Of a stretch of 64,000 nucleotides of DNA, positions 30,676 through 41,222 are shown piece after piece. Both the position numbers and the translations under genes were made by a program. Numbering within the stretch: position 1 is the stretch's first letter; each line of letters opens with the position of its first letter. This DNA comes from Candidatus Eiseniibacteriota bacterium (GTDB lineage Bacteria; Eisenbacteria; RBG-16-71-46), in NCBI GenBank assembly GCA_963717505.1, contig OY970342.1, positions 2,720,001-2,784,000 of the forward strand. Reading direction: 5' to 3'. Below the pieces are notes generated by a model. That model made no database searches, was not told the origin of the DNA, and was given only the letters and a program-made list of their open reading frames with translations.

Positions 30676-31354
30676 GCGCCTCGAGCGCGGTGGCCTGGAG
30701 CAGTGGACCGCTCCCGGTTTCGGTGGTCGCCGACGCGGTCGGCCACCGCTACGCGCCCGGACGCGGGCTCGATCCGGTGAGCTTCAGCGTTGCCTCGCCT
30801 GGCGTGGTCGCGATCACCGGGGCCAACGGCTCCGGCAAGAGCACGCTGCTGCGGATCTTCGCCGGCCTGCTGCGCCCGAGCCACGGGAGCGCTCCGAATC
30901 GAATGGGAGGGACGGGCTCTCGAGCCCGCGAGGCGTCGTGACGTGGTTGGGTTTGCGTCGCCCGAGCTGGCGTTCTACGACGAGTTGACGGTCGCAGAGA
31001 ACCTGATCTTCGCCGCCGAGGCGCGCGGAATCGCGGCCGATGACTGGCGTGACGAGCGCTCGCGCGCGTCGGGCTCGACGAGCGCGCGCAGACGATCGAG
31101 TCCAGGCGCTGTCTTCGGGAATGAAGCAGCGGCTGCGACTGGCGTTCGCGCTGCTCGGACGATCCGCCGCTGCTGCTGCTCGACGAGCCGGGCAGCCATC
31201 TGGACGAGTCGGGGCGCGCAATCGTGCGCGACCTGCTCGATCAGCAGCGCGGCCGCGGACTGGTCGTGGTCGCCACCAACGACGAACGGGAGTGGAGATC
31301 TTGCCGACTCGACGAATCGAGCTTCGTGGCCGCGGTCTGGGCGATCCTGCGTAA
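30672..31354 (+). CDS. ccmA: heme exporter ATP-binding protein CcmA, frameshifted
   Basis: GANGSGKST, LSSGMKQR, LLLDEP; first gene of the ccm cluster. Confidence 0.8.
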
Positions 31355-31979
31355 GGAGTGCCGGAGCGAGTGGCGCACCCGCTACGGGCTCAATGCGGCG
31401 TTGCTGTTCGCGGTGACCACGCTGACCGCGGTCAGCTTCGCGGTCGGCCGGCTGGGCGACCGCGCCGACTTGCTGGCGCGCTGCTGTGGATCGTGCTGCT
31501 GTTCGCAGCACTGGCGTCGCTGAGCCACGCCTTCGTCCGCGAGGTCGAGGGCGCACACGCTGACGTTGCTTCGCCTGGTCGCATCGCCGACCGCGATCGC
31601 GACTCGGCAAGCTGCTGTTCAACCTGATCTTCCTCGTGGTGCTCGAGCTGGTGACCGTGCCGCTGTTCCTGGTGCTGATGGGCGGCGCCACCGCCGCCTG
31701 GGGACCGTTCCTCGTCCGTGCTCGCCCTCGGCAGCCTGGCGCTGGCGGCGGCCTGCACGCTGATCGGCGCGGTGATCGCGCAGACGCGTGGTCGCGGCGC
31801 CCTGTTCGCCGGCGATCTCGCTGCCGCTGCTGCTGCCGGTGCTGGCGGCCGCGGTGAGCGGCACCCGAGCCCAGTGGATCTCGGTTTCGCCCGACGCCGA
31901 GCTCAAGCTGCTCGCCGGCTACGCGGCGGCGGTGCTCGGCGCGAGCCTGCTCCTGTACGATCACCTGTGGAAGGAATGA
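31310..31979 (+). CDS. ccmB: heme exporter membrane protein CcmB, frameshifted
   Basis: AVWAILRKECRSEWRTR, LLWIVLLFA, FVREVE, SLPLLLPVL; start approximate. Confidence 0.8.
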
Positions 31980-31983
31980 CCTC

Positions 31984-32663
31984 ATGAAGCTCGCCCCGCT
32001 CAAATGGCTTCTGCTGCTGTGGATCGCGGCGTGGATCACGGCCGGGTTCCTGTGGGCCCCGCTGGTGCCCGGGCTCGGCGAGACCACACGCGTGCTTTAC
32101 TTCCACATCCCGGCGGCCTGGGTTACGGTGCTCGCGCTGGCGTGGTCCATGGTCCACAGCGTGCTCTACCTGAGGCGTCGACGCCTCGAGCACGACGATC
32201 ACGCGGCGGCGGCCGCGGAGTTGGGACTGATGTTCTGCATGATCGCCACCGTGAGCGGCTCGATGTGGGCGAAGGCGATATGGGACTCACTACTGGAACT
32301 GGGATCCGCGCGAGACCTCGATCTTCTTCCTGTTGCTGATCTACGGCGCCTACCTGGCGCTGCGCGGCGCGATCGAGGGCGACGAGCGCCGGGCGCGTCT
32401 GTCGGCGATCTACTCGGTGGTCGCCTTCGTCACCGTGCCGTTCCTGATCTTCATCGTGCCGCGCATCTACTTCACGCTGCATCCCGATCCCGCTCATCAA
32501 CGCGCGCGGCAAGGTCGACATGGATCCGCGCATCCGGATCGTCGTTCTTCGCGCATGCTGCATCGGGTTCACGGCTTTGTTCTTCTGGGTGCTGACCCTG
32601 CGAGTCCGGGTCACTCGACTCGCTCGCCGAGCCGCCGTGCGCGCGGCGGCCGAGGCGGCATGA
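31984..32663 (+). CDS. ccmC: cytochrome c biogenesis protein CcmC, frameshifted
   Basis: RVLYFHIPAAW, GSMWAK..W..YWNWDPRETS (WWD motif), LHP. Confidence 0.88.
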
Positions 32664-32673
32664 GGGAGGTGTG

Positions 32674-32781
32674 ATGGGCGCCAACGGAGTCGTGCTCGGT
32701 GTGGCCCTGCTCGCCTGGGGGCTGCTGTTCTTCTATCTCGTGCGCCTGGAGCGCCGCATCCGGGAGCTGGAGAAGTCATGA
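32674..32781 (+). CDS. ccmD: CcmD family small membrane protein
   Basis: 35-aa MGANGVVLGVALLAWGLLFFYLVRLERRIRELEKS between ccmC and ccmE, GGAGG RBS; too short for the ORF track. Confidence 0.8.
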   Translation: MGANGVVLGVALLAWGLLFFYLVRLERRIRELEKS

Positions 32782-33167
32782 ACCTCAAGAGTGATCGTGG
32801 CGATCGTACTGTTGGTCGTCGCCGGCGGGTTCGGGGTCACCAGCTTCCGCAAGTCGATGACCCCGTACATCTCGTTCGCCGAGGCCCGGCGCGCGACCGG
32901 GCATGGTCCAGGTGAACGGCGTGCTTGCCGACAAGAACTACGTGCTCAAGCGTGACGAGCAGTACCTCGCAGTTCGACCTCAAGGACGAGCGCGGCGAGG
33001 TGCTGCCGGTCGAGTACCGCGGCGTGATCCCCGGCAATTTCGACCAGGCGACCTCGATCGTCGCGATCGGCCGCTACCAGGACGGCCGCTTCGAGGCCGA
33101 CCAGCTGCTGGTCAAGTGTCCGTCGAAGTACCAGGCCGAAGCCGAACGGGGCGGAACCGCGACATGA
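32778..33167 (+). CDS. ccmE: heme chaperone CcmE, Cys-type (CxxxY), frameshifted
   Basis: N-terminal TM, PYISFAEA, VEYRGVIPGNF, LLVKCPSKY. Confidence 0.88.
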
Positions 33168-35368
33168 ACTTCGGGCAGATCCTCGGCTGGATTTCGCTCC
33201 TGGCCTCGCTGGCGGCGGGGCTGCTGTTCATGGCGGCCGCCGGCGGGCGCGAGTCGGCGCTCAAGCCCGCGCGCATCGCGTTCGGCGTGCAGTGGCTGGC
33301 GCTGCTCGGCCGCGCCGGGCTGCTCTGGTACATCCTGTTCAACCACCAGTTCCAGTACCAGTACGTCGCCTCGTACTCGTCGCACGTCGATGCCCGGCGC
33401 ACTACGTGTACGCGGCGTTCTGGGGCGGGCAGGAAGGCACGTTCCTGCTGTGGGCGCTGCTCACCGCGACGCTCGGACTGGTGCTCATGCGCGTGCGGCA
33501 TCCGCTGACGACGCCGGCGATGTTCTTCCTCAACCTGCCGCTGGTGATGCTGGCGCTGGTCACGGTGATGCGCGGCCCGTTCCTCGACGTTCGCGCCGGG
33601 GACGATCCCGGTCGACGGCAACGGCCTGAACCCGCTGCTGCAGGACCCGTGGATGACCATCCACCCGCCGGTGCTGTTCACCGGCTTCTCGTCGCTGGTC
33701 GGTGCCGTTCGCGATCGCGATGGCGGCGCTGGTGCGCCGCGACTACGACGGCTGGATCAAGCCGGTGCTGCCCTGGGTGGTGTTCTCGACCGCGATCCTG
33801 GCCACCGGTTTCATCATGGGCGGTGTGTGGGCCTACAAGGTGCTCGGCTGGGGCGGCTACTGGGGCTGGGACCCGGTCGAGAACGGCTCGCTGATCCCCT
33901 GGCTCTCGAACGTCGGCGCTGCTGCACGGACTGCTGGTCCAGCGCGTGACCGGGTAGCCTCCGGCGCACCAACTTCTTCCTCGCGATCACCTCGTACGTG
34001 CTCGTGCTCTACGCCTCGTTCCTGACCCGCAGCGGCGTGCTGGCCGACTTCTCGGTGCACTCGTTCGTGAACCTCGGGCTCAACGGCTTCCTGCTCTCGT
34101 TCCTGTTCCTGGTCATGATCGTCGGCTACGGCACGCTGCTCGTCCGCCTGCGCGACATCCCCGCGCCGCCGCAGCCGCTCGGCAACTTCTCGCGCGAGTC
34201 GATGATGTGGCTCGGCCAGCTGGTGTTCATGCTGATGTGCGCGCTGATCGCGGTCGGCATGAGCGCGCCGCTGATCACGCGGCTGTTCGGTCCGCCCTCG
34301 AACGTCCAGACCTCGTACTACAACCTGGTCAACGCTCCGCTGGCGGTGGCGCTCGGGCTGCTGCTCGGAATCGCGCCGCTGATGCGCTGGCGCCAGCAGG
34401 AGGCGCGGCCGCTCCTGCGCGCCGCGTGCCGTCGGTCGCTGGTCGCGGTCGCTGCGTGACGCTGGTCGCCGCGGTCGCTGCGGCGTGCGCGAGCCGATGC
34501 CGGCCGCGGTGGTGTTCGCGTGGCCTTCGCGCTGGCCGCGAACCTCGTCGTCGACGGTGCGCGGCTTCCGCGCCGGCTGGAAGCACGGCGTCGCCTACCT
34601 CGGTCACGCGGGCGTCGCGGTCCTGCTGATCGGCGTGGTCGCCTCGTCCGGATACGGCCGCTCGGTCCAGGTCCAGCTGCCGCGCGGCGAGGAGCGCAGC
34701 GCGCTCGGCTTCCAGCATGACGTTCGAGGGCATGCGGCAGGATCGCGAGGGCAAGGACCACGTCATGATCGCGGTGAACGCGTCCGGAGCGGCAATTCGA
34801 GGCGCTGCCGGCGATGTACTGGAGCGAGTTCAACCAGGGCTACATGAAGAAGCCGCACATCGAGCGCTTCCTGACCCACGACGTCTACATCTCGCCGCTC
34901 GAGATGGTCGGCGACGATCCCGCGGCCAGCGCGCTGTGGCTCGCCAAGGGCGAGACGCAAGCAGATCGGACAGGTCGCCTACACGTTCGTGGACTTCGAC
35001 GTCCAGGGCATGGGGACCGCGGAGATGCGAGTCGCGGCCCAGCTTGCGCGCCGAGATCGGCGGACGCACGGTGCCGGTGCGACCGCGCATCGAGATGAAC
35101 GGAGGGCGGCGTCCCCAACCGCGATTCCCGACTACCTGCCGGGCGGGGCTCGGTCTAGATCGTGTCGGTGGACGCCACGACCGGCCGGGTCGCGCTGGAA
35201 GTGCCCGGCATGCAGAAGCCCAGCGAGGGCGGAATCCTCGCGGTCGAGGTCAGCACCAAGCCGCTGATCAACCTGGTGTGGCTGGGCGCGATCCTGATGC
35301 TGGGCAGCGTGTTCTTGAGCATGGGGCGTCGCATCATCGACGTCCGGCGGGCGGCGGCGAGCGCCTGA
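33164..35368 (+). CDS. ccmF: cytochrome c heme lyase CcmF, multiple frameshifts
   Basis: WGGQEGTFLLW, GLNPLLQDPWMTIHPP, WAYKVLGWGGYWGWDPVEN, FLTRSG..SVHSF, KPLINLVWLG. Confidence 0.92.
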
Positions 35369-35404
35369 AGTTTCTGGGCATCGTTGGGTCGAGGGGAAGT
35401 ACAC

Positions 35405-35433
35405 TGGACAGGTGCACGGATGTGCAGTAGATT
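35405..35433 (+). promoter_or_regulatory. putative promoter of the dinB cassette with an embedded palindromic operator
   Basis: TGGACA - 17 nt - TAGATT; the spacer contains TGCAC-ggat-GTGCA (35413-35426). Confidence 0.5.
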
Positions 35434-35451
35434 CCGTTCGGTGCCCAGCCC

Positions 35452-35709
35452 ATGTTCGAGACCCTCAACGACCCGGTGGACGTACTCACCGCCTTCACCA
35501 ACGGAGCCATGGAGCCCCTCCGGTTCCGTTGGAAGGGCAAGGTGATCCGCGTCTCCAAGGTCACCGGACGCTGGACCCGGCGCGAAGGACAAGCCCTCCT
35601 GCGCTACTTCTCGGTCGAGGGGCCGGGAAGCGAAACCTACGAGCTGTGCTACGACCCTCGCGGACCGCGCTGGCTGCTGAGCCGAGCGTGGACCTCGGGC
35701 GGACGCTGA
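35452..35709 (+). CDS. small DUF6504-like protein upstream of dinB
   Basis: PLRFRWKGK..RV..VTGRW...RYFSV...YELCYD...RWLL pattern. Confidence 0.65.
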   Translation: MFETLNDPVDVLTAFTNGAMEPLRFRWKGKVIRVSKVTGRWTRREGQALLRYFSVEGPGSETYELCYDPRGPRWLLSRAWTSGGR

Positions 35710-35741
35710 GGAATCCCTTGGCTCCGCCGGTCTCGCGCGGA

Positions 35742-36954
35742 ATGATCCTGCTGGTGGACATGGACTCGTTCTTCGCCTCGGTCGAGCAGGCGCACCACCC
35801 CCACTTGCGCGGCCGGCCGGTGATCGTCTGCGGCGACCCTGAGCGCCGAGGGGTGGTGACCGCAGCTTCCTACGAGGCGCGGCCCTCGGGAGTCCACGCC
35901 GGAATGCGGCTCCAGGAGGCACGCCGCTTGTGCCCCGACGCCGAATACGTCGAGGGCAACCCCGACAAGTACGTCGCGATCTCGCTCCAGCTGCTCCAGC
36001 TCTATCTCGAGCTGACGCCCGACGTCGAACCCTTCAGCGTCGACGAGGCGTTTGTCGGACTCGGGCGCACCGACGCCCTCGGTGGCGAGTGCGGTCGAGA
36101 TCGCCGAAACCATTCAGCAGCGGATCTGGGACCGCTTCGGCCTCGGCGCCTCGATCGGCGTCGGGCCCAACAAGCTGGTGGCCAAGATGGCTGCAGGGGT
36201 GAACAAGCCGCGTGGGCTGACCGGGTTCGATGAGGCGGCTTTTCGCGCACATTTCTGGCCGCTCGACATTCGCGAGTTGTGGGGCGTCGGGCCGAAGCTC
36301 GCCGAGCGCATGCGGTCGCTCGGGATATCGACCGTCGGCGAGCTCGCCCGCGCCCCAGAACCCGTCTTGAAGAGCGCGTTCGGCATCATCGGCCCGCAGC
36401 TGCGCGAAGCCGCCTGGGGGCGAGACGACACGCCGCTCGTGCCCTACCATCGCGGCGTGGATGCCAAGTCCATGGGCCATGAGGTGACGTTGCCCGCCGA
36501 CGTCGAGAAACGCGATCAAGTGGGGGGTACGTTGCTACGGCTGTCGGATCAGGTTGCGCGCCGGCTGCGCAGCGAGGGTTATGTCGGCCGGGTGATCGCG
36601 ATCAAGCTGCGCGACCATCGCTTCCACACCCGGATCCGCCAGCGGGCGATCGAGGTGCCGACCGACGACTACGCCCTGATCTATTCGGTGGCCACCACGC
36701 TGCTCGACCAGCTGTGGCGCGGGGAGCCGTTGCGGCTGATCGGCGTCCACGTCTCGGGACTCGAGCGTCATGCGCCGCCGCAGGGCGAGCTGTTCGAGTC
36801 CGGGCGGCGCGCGCGCGAGCTGCGCGACGCCATGGACCGGGTCCGCAATCGACTCGGGGAGGCGAGTCTGGTCCCCGCCGGCTCGATCGGGCATCGGCGC
36901 CATCTCGGTCACGTTCCCTTCGGCACTCCCAATCGCGTCCCCGACCCGTCATGA
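35742..36954 (+). CDS. dinB: DNA polymerase IV (Y-family), one frameshift near 36065
   Basis: LVDMDSFFASVE, ASYEAR, SVDEAF, NKLVAKMA..NKPRG, LWGVG, KSMGHE, clamp-like motif QGELF. Confidence 0.93.
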
Positions 36955-37748
36955 CCGCGCTCGCCGATCGAATCCTGGTCGGCACCTCCGGCTACTCGTT
37001 CGCCGACTGGGTGGGGCCCTTCTACCCGCCCGGGACGCGCAACTCCGAGTTCCTCGGTTTCTACTCCGCGCACTTCAACACCGTCGAGGTCAACTCCACC
37101 TACTACCGAATTCCCCATCCGCGCGTGCTCGACATGATGGAAAAGAAGACCCCGCCCGGATTCCACTTCGTCGTCAAGCTGAACGAGGCCATGACCCACG
37201 AACGGTCCACCGATCCGGGGCTCTATCGCGAATTCCTCGCGGTGCTCGAGCCGCTCAAGGCCGCGAGCAAATACGACGGCCTGCTCGCCCAGTTCCCCTG
37301 GGGGTTCCATCGCACGCCGGCGACCCTCGGGCACCTGGAGGCCATGCGCTCGCTGCTCGGCGACGAACCCTTGCACGTCGAGTTCCGCCACCGATCGTGG
37401 ATCACGCCCGAACTGGAGCCCTGGCTTCGCCAACGACAGCTCGGCTACTGCGTGGTCGACGAACCGCAGCTTCCCGGGCTGGTGCCGCCGATCCCGCTGC
37501 TGTCGACCGACGAGGCCTACGTCCGGTTCCACGGACGCAACGCCCAGAACTGGTGGGGACGCGGGACGGGAGACCGCTACGACTACGACTACAGCGAGCA
37601 GGAACTTCGCGACTGGCTCGGAAAGATCCGCGCCCTGGCCGAGCAGGCGCGACGCACGTACCTGTTCTTCAACAACTGTCACGCCGGGCAGGCGGCGCGT
37701 AACGCCAAGCTCATGCAGGAATTGTTGCGTCACACCGAACCTGCGTAG
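36951..37748 (+). CDS. DUF72 family protein (YecE-like)
   Basis: VGTSGYSFADWVGPFYP, VEVNSTYY, VEFRHRSW, YVRFHGRN, YDYDYS, FFNN. Confidence 0.9.
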   Translation: MTALADRILVGTSGYSFADWVGPFYPPGTRNSEFLGFYSAHFNTVEVNSTYYRIPHPRVLDMMEKKTPPGFHFVVKLNEAMTHERSTDPGLYREFLAVLEPLKAASKYDGLLAQFPWGFHRTPATLGHLEAMRSLLGDEPLHVEFRHRSWITPELEPWLRQRQLGYCVVDEPQLPGLVPPIPLLSTDEAYVRFHGRNAQNWWGRGTGDRYDYDYSEQELRDWLGKIRALAEQARRTYLFFNNCHAGQAARNAKLMQELLRHTEPA

Positions 37749-37779
37749 AAACCCGGACTCGCCGGCGCAAACTATTCTC

Positions 37780-37808
37780 TTGAGTGATCGGGGATCGGCG
37801 GCCACAAT
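37780..37808 (+). promoter_or_regulatory. putative sigma70 promoter of the secreted propeller gene
   Basis: TTGAGT - 17 nt - CACAAT. Confidence 0.4.
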
Positions 37809-37880
37809 TCACGCCCCGGAACGCCGGTCCCCCCCCGGTCTCGGCTGCCCCCTGCGTCACCCACACCCGGAAGGACCCGA

Positions 37881-40280
37881 ATGTTCGACTCGCGCGCTGC
37901 ACGTGGACTGGGCAAGACCGGCGTGCCGTTCGCCGCCTGGCTGTTCTTTGCGGTCGGTGCCGAGGCCCAGCCCGTAGTGCTGCAGGAGAACCTGGCCGAG
38001 ACCGACGGGGTCGTCTCGACGATCGTGCTGTCCAGCACCTCGGCCTTCATCGGGGGCGACTTCACCTACGTCGGCCCGCATACTGGTTGCGCCGTGCCGC
38101 TCGGCGTCACCACCGCGACGGCACCGGCCAGTTTCCCGAAGGTCGAAGGTGGCGACGTGCTCGCCATCGCGGCTGACGGCGCCGGCGGGTGGTTTCTCGC
38201 CGGCAGTTTCACGCACGTCAGTGGCGAGCCGCGGCATCATCTCGCGCACGTGCTCGCCGACATGACGCTCGATGGCGGATGGGATCCGGGAGCGGATCGA
38301 CCGGTGTACACCCTCGCGCTCGGGGGATCGACTCTCTACGTCGGTGGCGAGTTCACCTCGGTCGGCGCCCGGACGCGCCATCGGATCGGCGCAGTCGACG
38401 CCACGACCGGCATCGCGACGGCATGGAATCCGCGCGCGAACGCTGCGGTCCATACCCTGGTGGTCTCCGACACGACTCTGTTCGCAGGCGGCGCGTTCAC
38501 TACCATCGGTGGGACGGTGCGCACGCGGATTGCCCAGCTGAGCCTGGCGACCGGCGAGGCGACCGTGTGGCAGGCCGGCGCCAACGGTGTGGTGCAGACG
38601 CTGTGTCTCAATGGCTCGTCGCTCTATGCCGGCGGGTGGTTCACCAGCATCGGCGGCCAGCCGCGAAGTCGCATCGCCGCGCTCGACCGGAACACCGGTG
38701 CGCCCACTGCCTGGAATCCAGGGGCCAGTGATGCGGTTCAAACCCTCGCAATCTCGGGAACCACGCTCTATGTCGGCGGCCTGTTCACCACGCTCGGCGG
38801 CCAGCTGCGCGACTTCATCGGCGCGGTCGACGCGGTGTCCGGAGTGACCACCGCGTGGAACCCCGATCCCGACGACCCGGTGACGGCACTCGCGGTGCTC
38901 GATACCACGATCTACATCGGCGGGCCGTTCTCGAGCATCGGCGGGGCGCCGCGCAACTTCATCGCTGCGGTCGGCGCGGTCACCGGAGGCGCCACCGCCT
39001 GGAACCCGGGCGCCAATGGCAACGTGCGCGCAGTGCAGGCCGCCGGGAGCGCGGTGTTCGTGGGTGGCGCGTTCTCGAGCGCCGGCGGCCAGCCGCGGGC
39101 CAACATCGCCGAGCTGAACCTGGCCAGCGGCCAAGTGACCGCGTGGAATCCCGGCGCCAATAGCGTCGTGCAATCGTTGGCGCTTTCCGGATCGACGCTC
39201 TACGTGGGCGGGTGGTTCACCAGTATCGGCGGCCTGGCGCGCAACTACGCTGCCGCGTTCAATACCACAACCGGGTTGCCGACCTCCTGGAACCCGAACG
39301 CCAACGATTTCGTGTCCACCCTCGGCGTCAACGGGTCCACGATCTACGCGGGCGGCTGGTTCACCTTGATCGGCGGTCTGACCCGCAATCGCGTGGCCGC
39401 CCTCAACAACACGACCGGTGCTGCGCTGACCTGGAATCCCAACGTCGATGGCGACCTTCAAACTCTGGTGGTCTCCGGCAGCAACGTCTACGTCGGGGGC
39501 TTCTTCAACATTGTCGGCATCCAGCCGCGTGACTACCTGGCTGCGGTCAGCACTTCGACCGGACAGGCCACCGCGTGGAATCCGACTCCCGACGATTTCG
39601 TCTACGCCGTGATGCCGGCGGGCGGCCTGATCTACGTCGGTGGCTGGTTCACCGAGGTCGGCGAGGAGGCTCGCGAGCGGCTCGCGGCGCTGGACCCGAC
39701 CACCGGTCTCGCGACCGGGTGGAACCCGGGAGCCAACGACTACGTGCACGTGCTCGGAGCCGCGGGGAGCAACTTGTACGCGGGCGGCTGGTTCACCTTC
39801 ATCGGTGGACAGCCGCGCACCTACCTGGCGGCGATCGACGCGGTGACCGGGGAGGCGAAGCCCTGGGCCCCTGATCCCGACGGGCCGATCTACGCCATGG
39901 CGCTGTCGCCGACCGCGATCTACGTGGGTGGGGACTTCGCCGAAATCGCCGGCGGACGGCGCCGCAGCCTGGCGGGGATTCAGATCCCGGTGACGCTCGA
40001 TGTTCCCGGGTCGTCTGCGGCGCTGACCGCGTTCGCCTGGCCGAATCCGTTCCGCGATCGGGCGGTACTCCACTTCTCGCTGCCCGAAGCGGCCAATGTC
40101 ACCGTGCGCATTTTCGACGTGGGCGGCCGGGTGGTGGCGAACCCGATCGCGAACCAGCGGTACTCGGCCGGATCGCACATGGTCGAATGGCGGGGCGGCC
40201 CGGCGCCCGCCGGGGTCTATCTCTACCGCGTCCAGTCGGATCGGGCGCTGGCCAGCGGCAAGATCCTGCACGTCAAGTGA
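37881..40280 (+). CDS. secreted beta-propeller repeat protein with C-terminal FlgD/T9SS-like domain
   Basis: Signal peptide ending AEA-Q; about 14 repeats of ~48 aa (LYVGG.FT.IGG..R..IAA.D..TG..T.WNP); C-terminal WPNPF...GVYLYR. Confidence 0.85.
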   Translation: MFDSRAARGLGKTGVPFAAWLFFAVGAEAQPVVLQENLAETDGVVSTIVLSSTSAFIGGDFTYVGPHTGCAVPLGVTTATAPASFPKVEGGDVLAIAADGAGGWFLAGSFTHVSGEPRHHLAHVLADMTLDGGWDPGADRPVYTLALGGSTLYVGGEFTSVGARTRHRIGAVDATTGIATAWNPRANAAVHTLVVSDTTLFAGGAFTTIGGTVRTRIAQLSLATGEATVWQAGANGVVQTLCLNGSSLYAGGWFTSIGGQPRSRIAALDRNTGAPTAWNPGASDAVQTLAISGTTLYVGGLFTTLGGQLRDFIGAVDAVSGVTTAWNPDPDDPVTALAVLDTTIYIGGPFSSIGGAPRNFIAAVGAVTGGATAWNPGANGNVRAVQAAGSAVFVGGAFSSAGGQPRANIAELNLASGQVTAWNPGANSVVQSLALSGSTLYVGGWFTSIGGLARNYAAAFNTTTGLPTSWNPNANDFVSTLGVNGSTIYAGGWFTLIGGLTRNRVAALNNTTGAALTWNPNVDGDLQTLVVSGSNVYVGGFFNIVGIQPRDYLAAVSTSTGQATAWNPTPDDFVYAVMPAGGLIYVGGWFTEVGEEARERLAALDPTTGLATGWNPGANDYVHVLGAAGSNLYAGGWFTFIGGQPRTYLAAIDAVTGEAKPWAPDPDGPIYAMALSPTAIYVGGDFAEIAGGRRRSLAGIQIPVTLDVPGSSAALTAFAWPNPFRDRAVLHFSLPEAANVTVRIFDVGGRVVANPIANQRYSAGSHMVEWRGGPAPAGVYLYRVQSDRALASGKILHVK

Positions 40281-40432
40281 GCGCCTCCGGGCGACTTGTT
40301 CGCCCGGCGTGGGATCGTGTATAGAGGTCCACGGTTTGTCTTACGCGCCCCGGCCGGGACGCGGGAGAAGCGGACTCGAATCGTGGCGATCCCTCGTCGC
40401 CGCGCTGCGTTCCACGGACTCGGAGGCGGCTC

Positions 40433-41077
40433 TTGCGTCACGCCCTGGGGGCGTTGCTGTGCCTGGCGGTGCCGACCGCGCTGCTGGTCAACTCCTGTGG
40501 CAGTTCGGCGCCGGGACTGGCGCGCGGAGGGCAGCTCTACGACACCTGTGTCCCCTGTCATGGAGAGCAGGGGCAAGGGGATCGCACCCTCGGCGCGCCG
40601 GCGATCGCGGGCTTGCCCCAGTGGTACATCGAGGCCCAGTTGACCAAGTTCAAGGGCGGTGTCCGCGGTGCGCATCCGGAGGACGTCGAAGGTGCCCGGA
40701 TGCGTCCCATGGCGCGCACGTTGTCGAAGGCGACCGACGTCACCTCCGTCGCCCAGTACGTCGCCGGTCTCACCGAGGTCCACCCGGCGCACACGCTCCA
40801 GGGGGGCGATCCGCAGGCTGGCAGCGAGCGCTACAAGACCGTGTGCGTGGTGTGCCACGGCACCGACGGTCGCGGCATGGAGCCGCTCAAATCGCCGAGC
40901 CTGGTCGCTCAGGCCGACTGGTACATGCTCTCGCAGCTGAGAAAGTTCAAGAGCGGCATGCGGGGCGCCCACCCCGAGGACATCACCGGCTCGCAGATGC
41001 GGGCCATGGCGATGACCCTCGAGGACGAGAAAGCGATGATGGACGTCATCGCCTACATCCAGACGCTGTCGCGATAG
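40433..41077 (+). CDS. di-heme c-type cytochrome (cytochrome c4-like, probable lipoprotein)
   Basis: CVPCH and CVVCH, each followed by a distal Met; LVNSC lipobox-like segment. Confidence 0.88.
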   Translation: MRHALGALLCLAVPTALLVNSCGSSAPGLARGGQLYDTCVPCHGEQGQGDRTLGAPAIAGLPQWYIEAQLTKFKGGVRGAHPEDVEGARMRPMARTLSKATDVTSVAQYVAGLTEVHPAHTLQGGDPQAGSERYKTVCVVCHGTDGRGMEPLKSPSLVAQADWYMLSQLRKFKSGMRGAHPEDITGSQMRAMAMTLEDEKAMMDVIAYIQTLSR

Positions 41078-41089
41078 GGGGCGAACCAC

Positions 41090-41218
41090 ATGGCAGACAA
41101 CGAGCGCGACGAAGACTGGGGCCCGAAGACCGCCCGCCTGACGTTCGTCGCCACCCTGCTCGGCGCGGCCGCGTTCGTCGGTTCGGTGATCTTCTTCATC
41201 CTGAGCCGAAAGGCCTAG
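41090..41218 (+). CDS. 42-aa single-TM protein in the oxidase operon
   Basis: MADNERDEDWGPKTARLTFVATLLGAAAFVGSVIFFILSRKA, tightly packed between the cytochrome c and subunit II. Confidence 0.7.
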   Translation: MADNERDEDWGPKTARLTFVATLLGAAAFVGSVIFFILSRKA

Positions 41219-41222
41219 CGCC

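Noticed and set aside
25750-35368. programmed frameshifting or mass pseudogenisation
   Set aside because: The indels are numerous, not at evident slippery sites, and hit normally conserved genes with intact motifs; artefact is more parsimonious.
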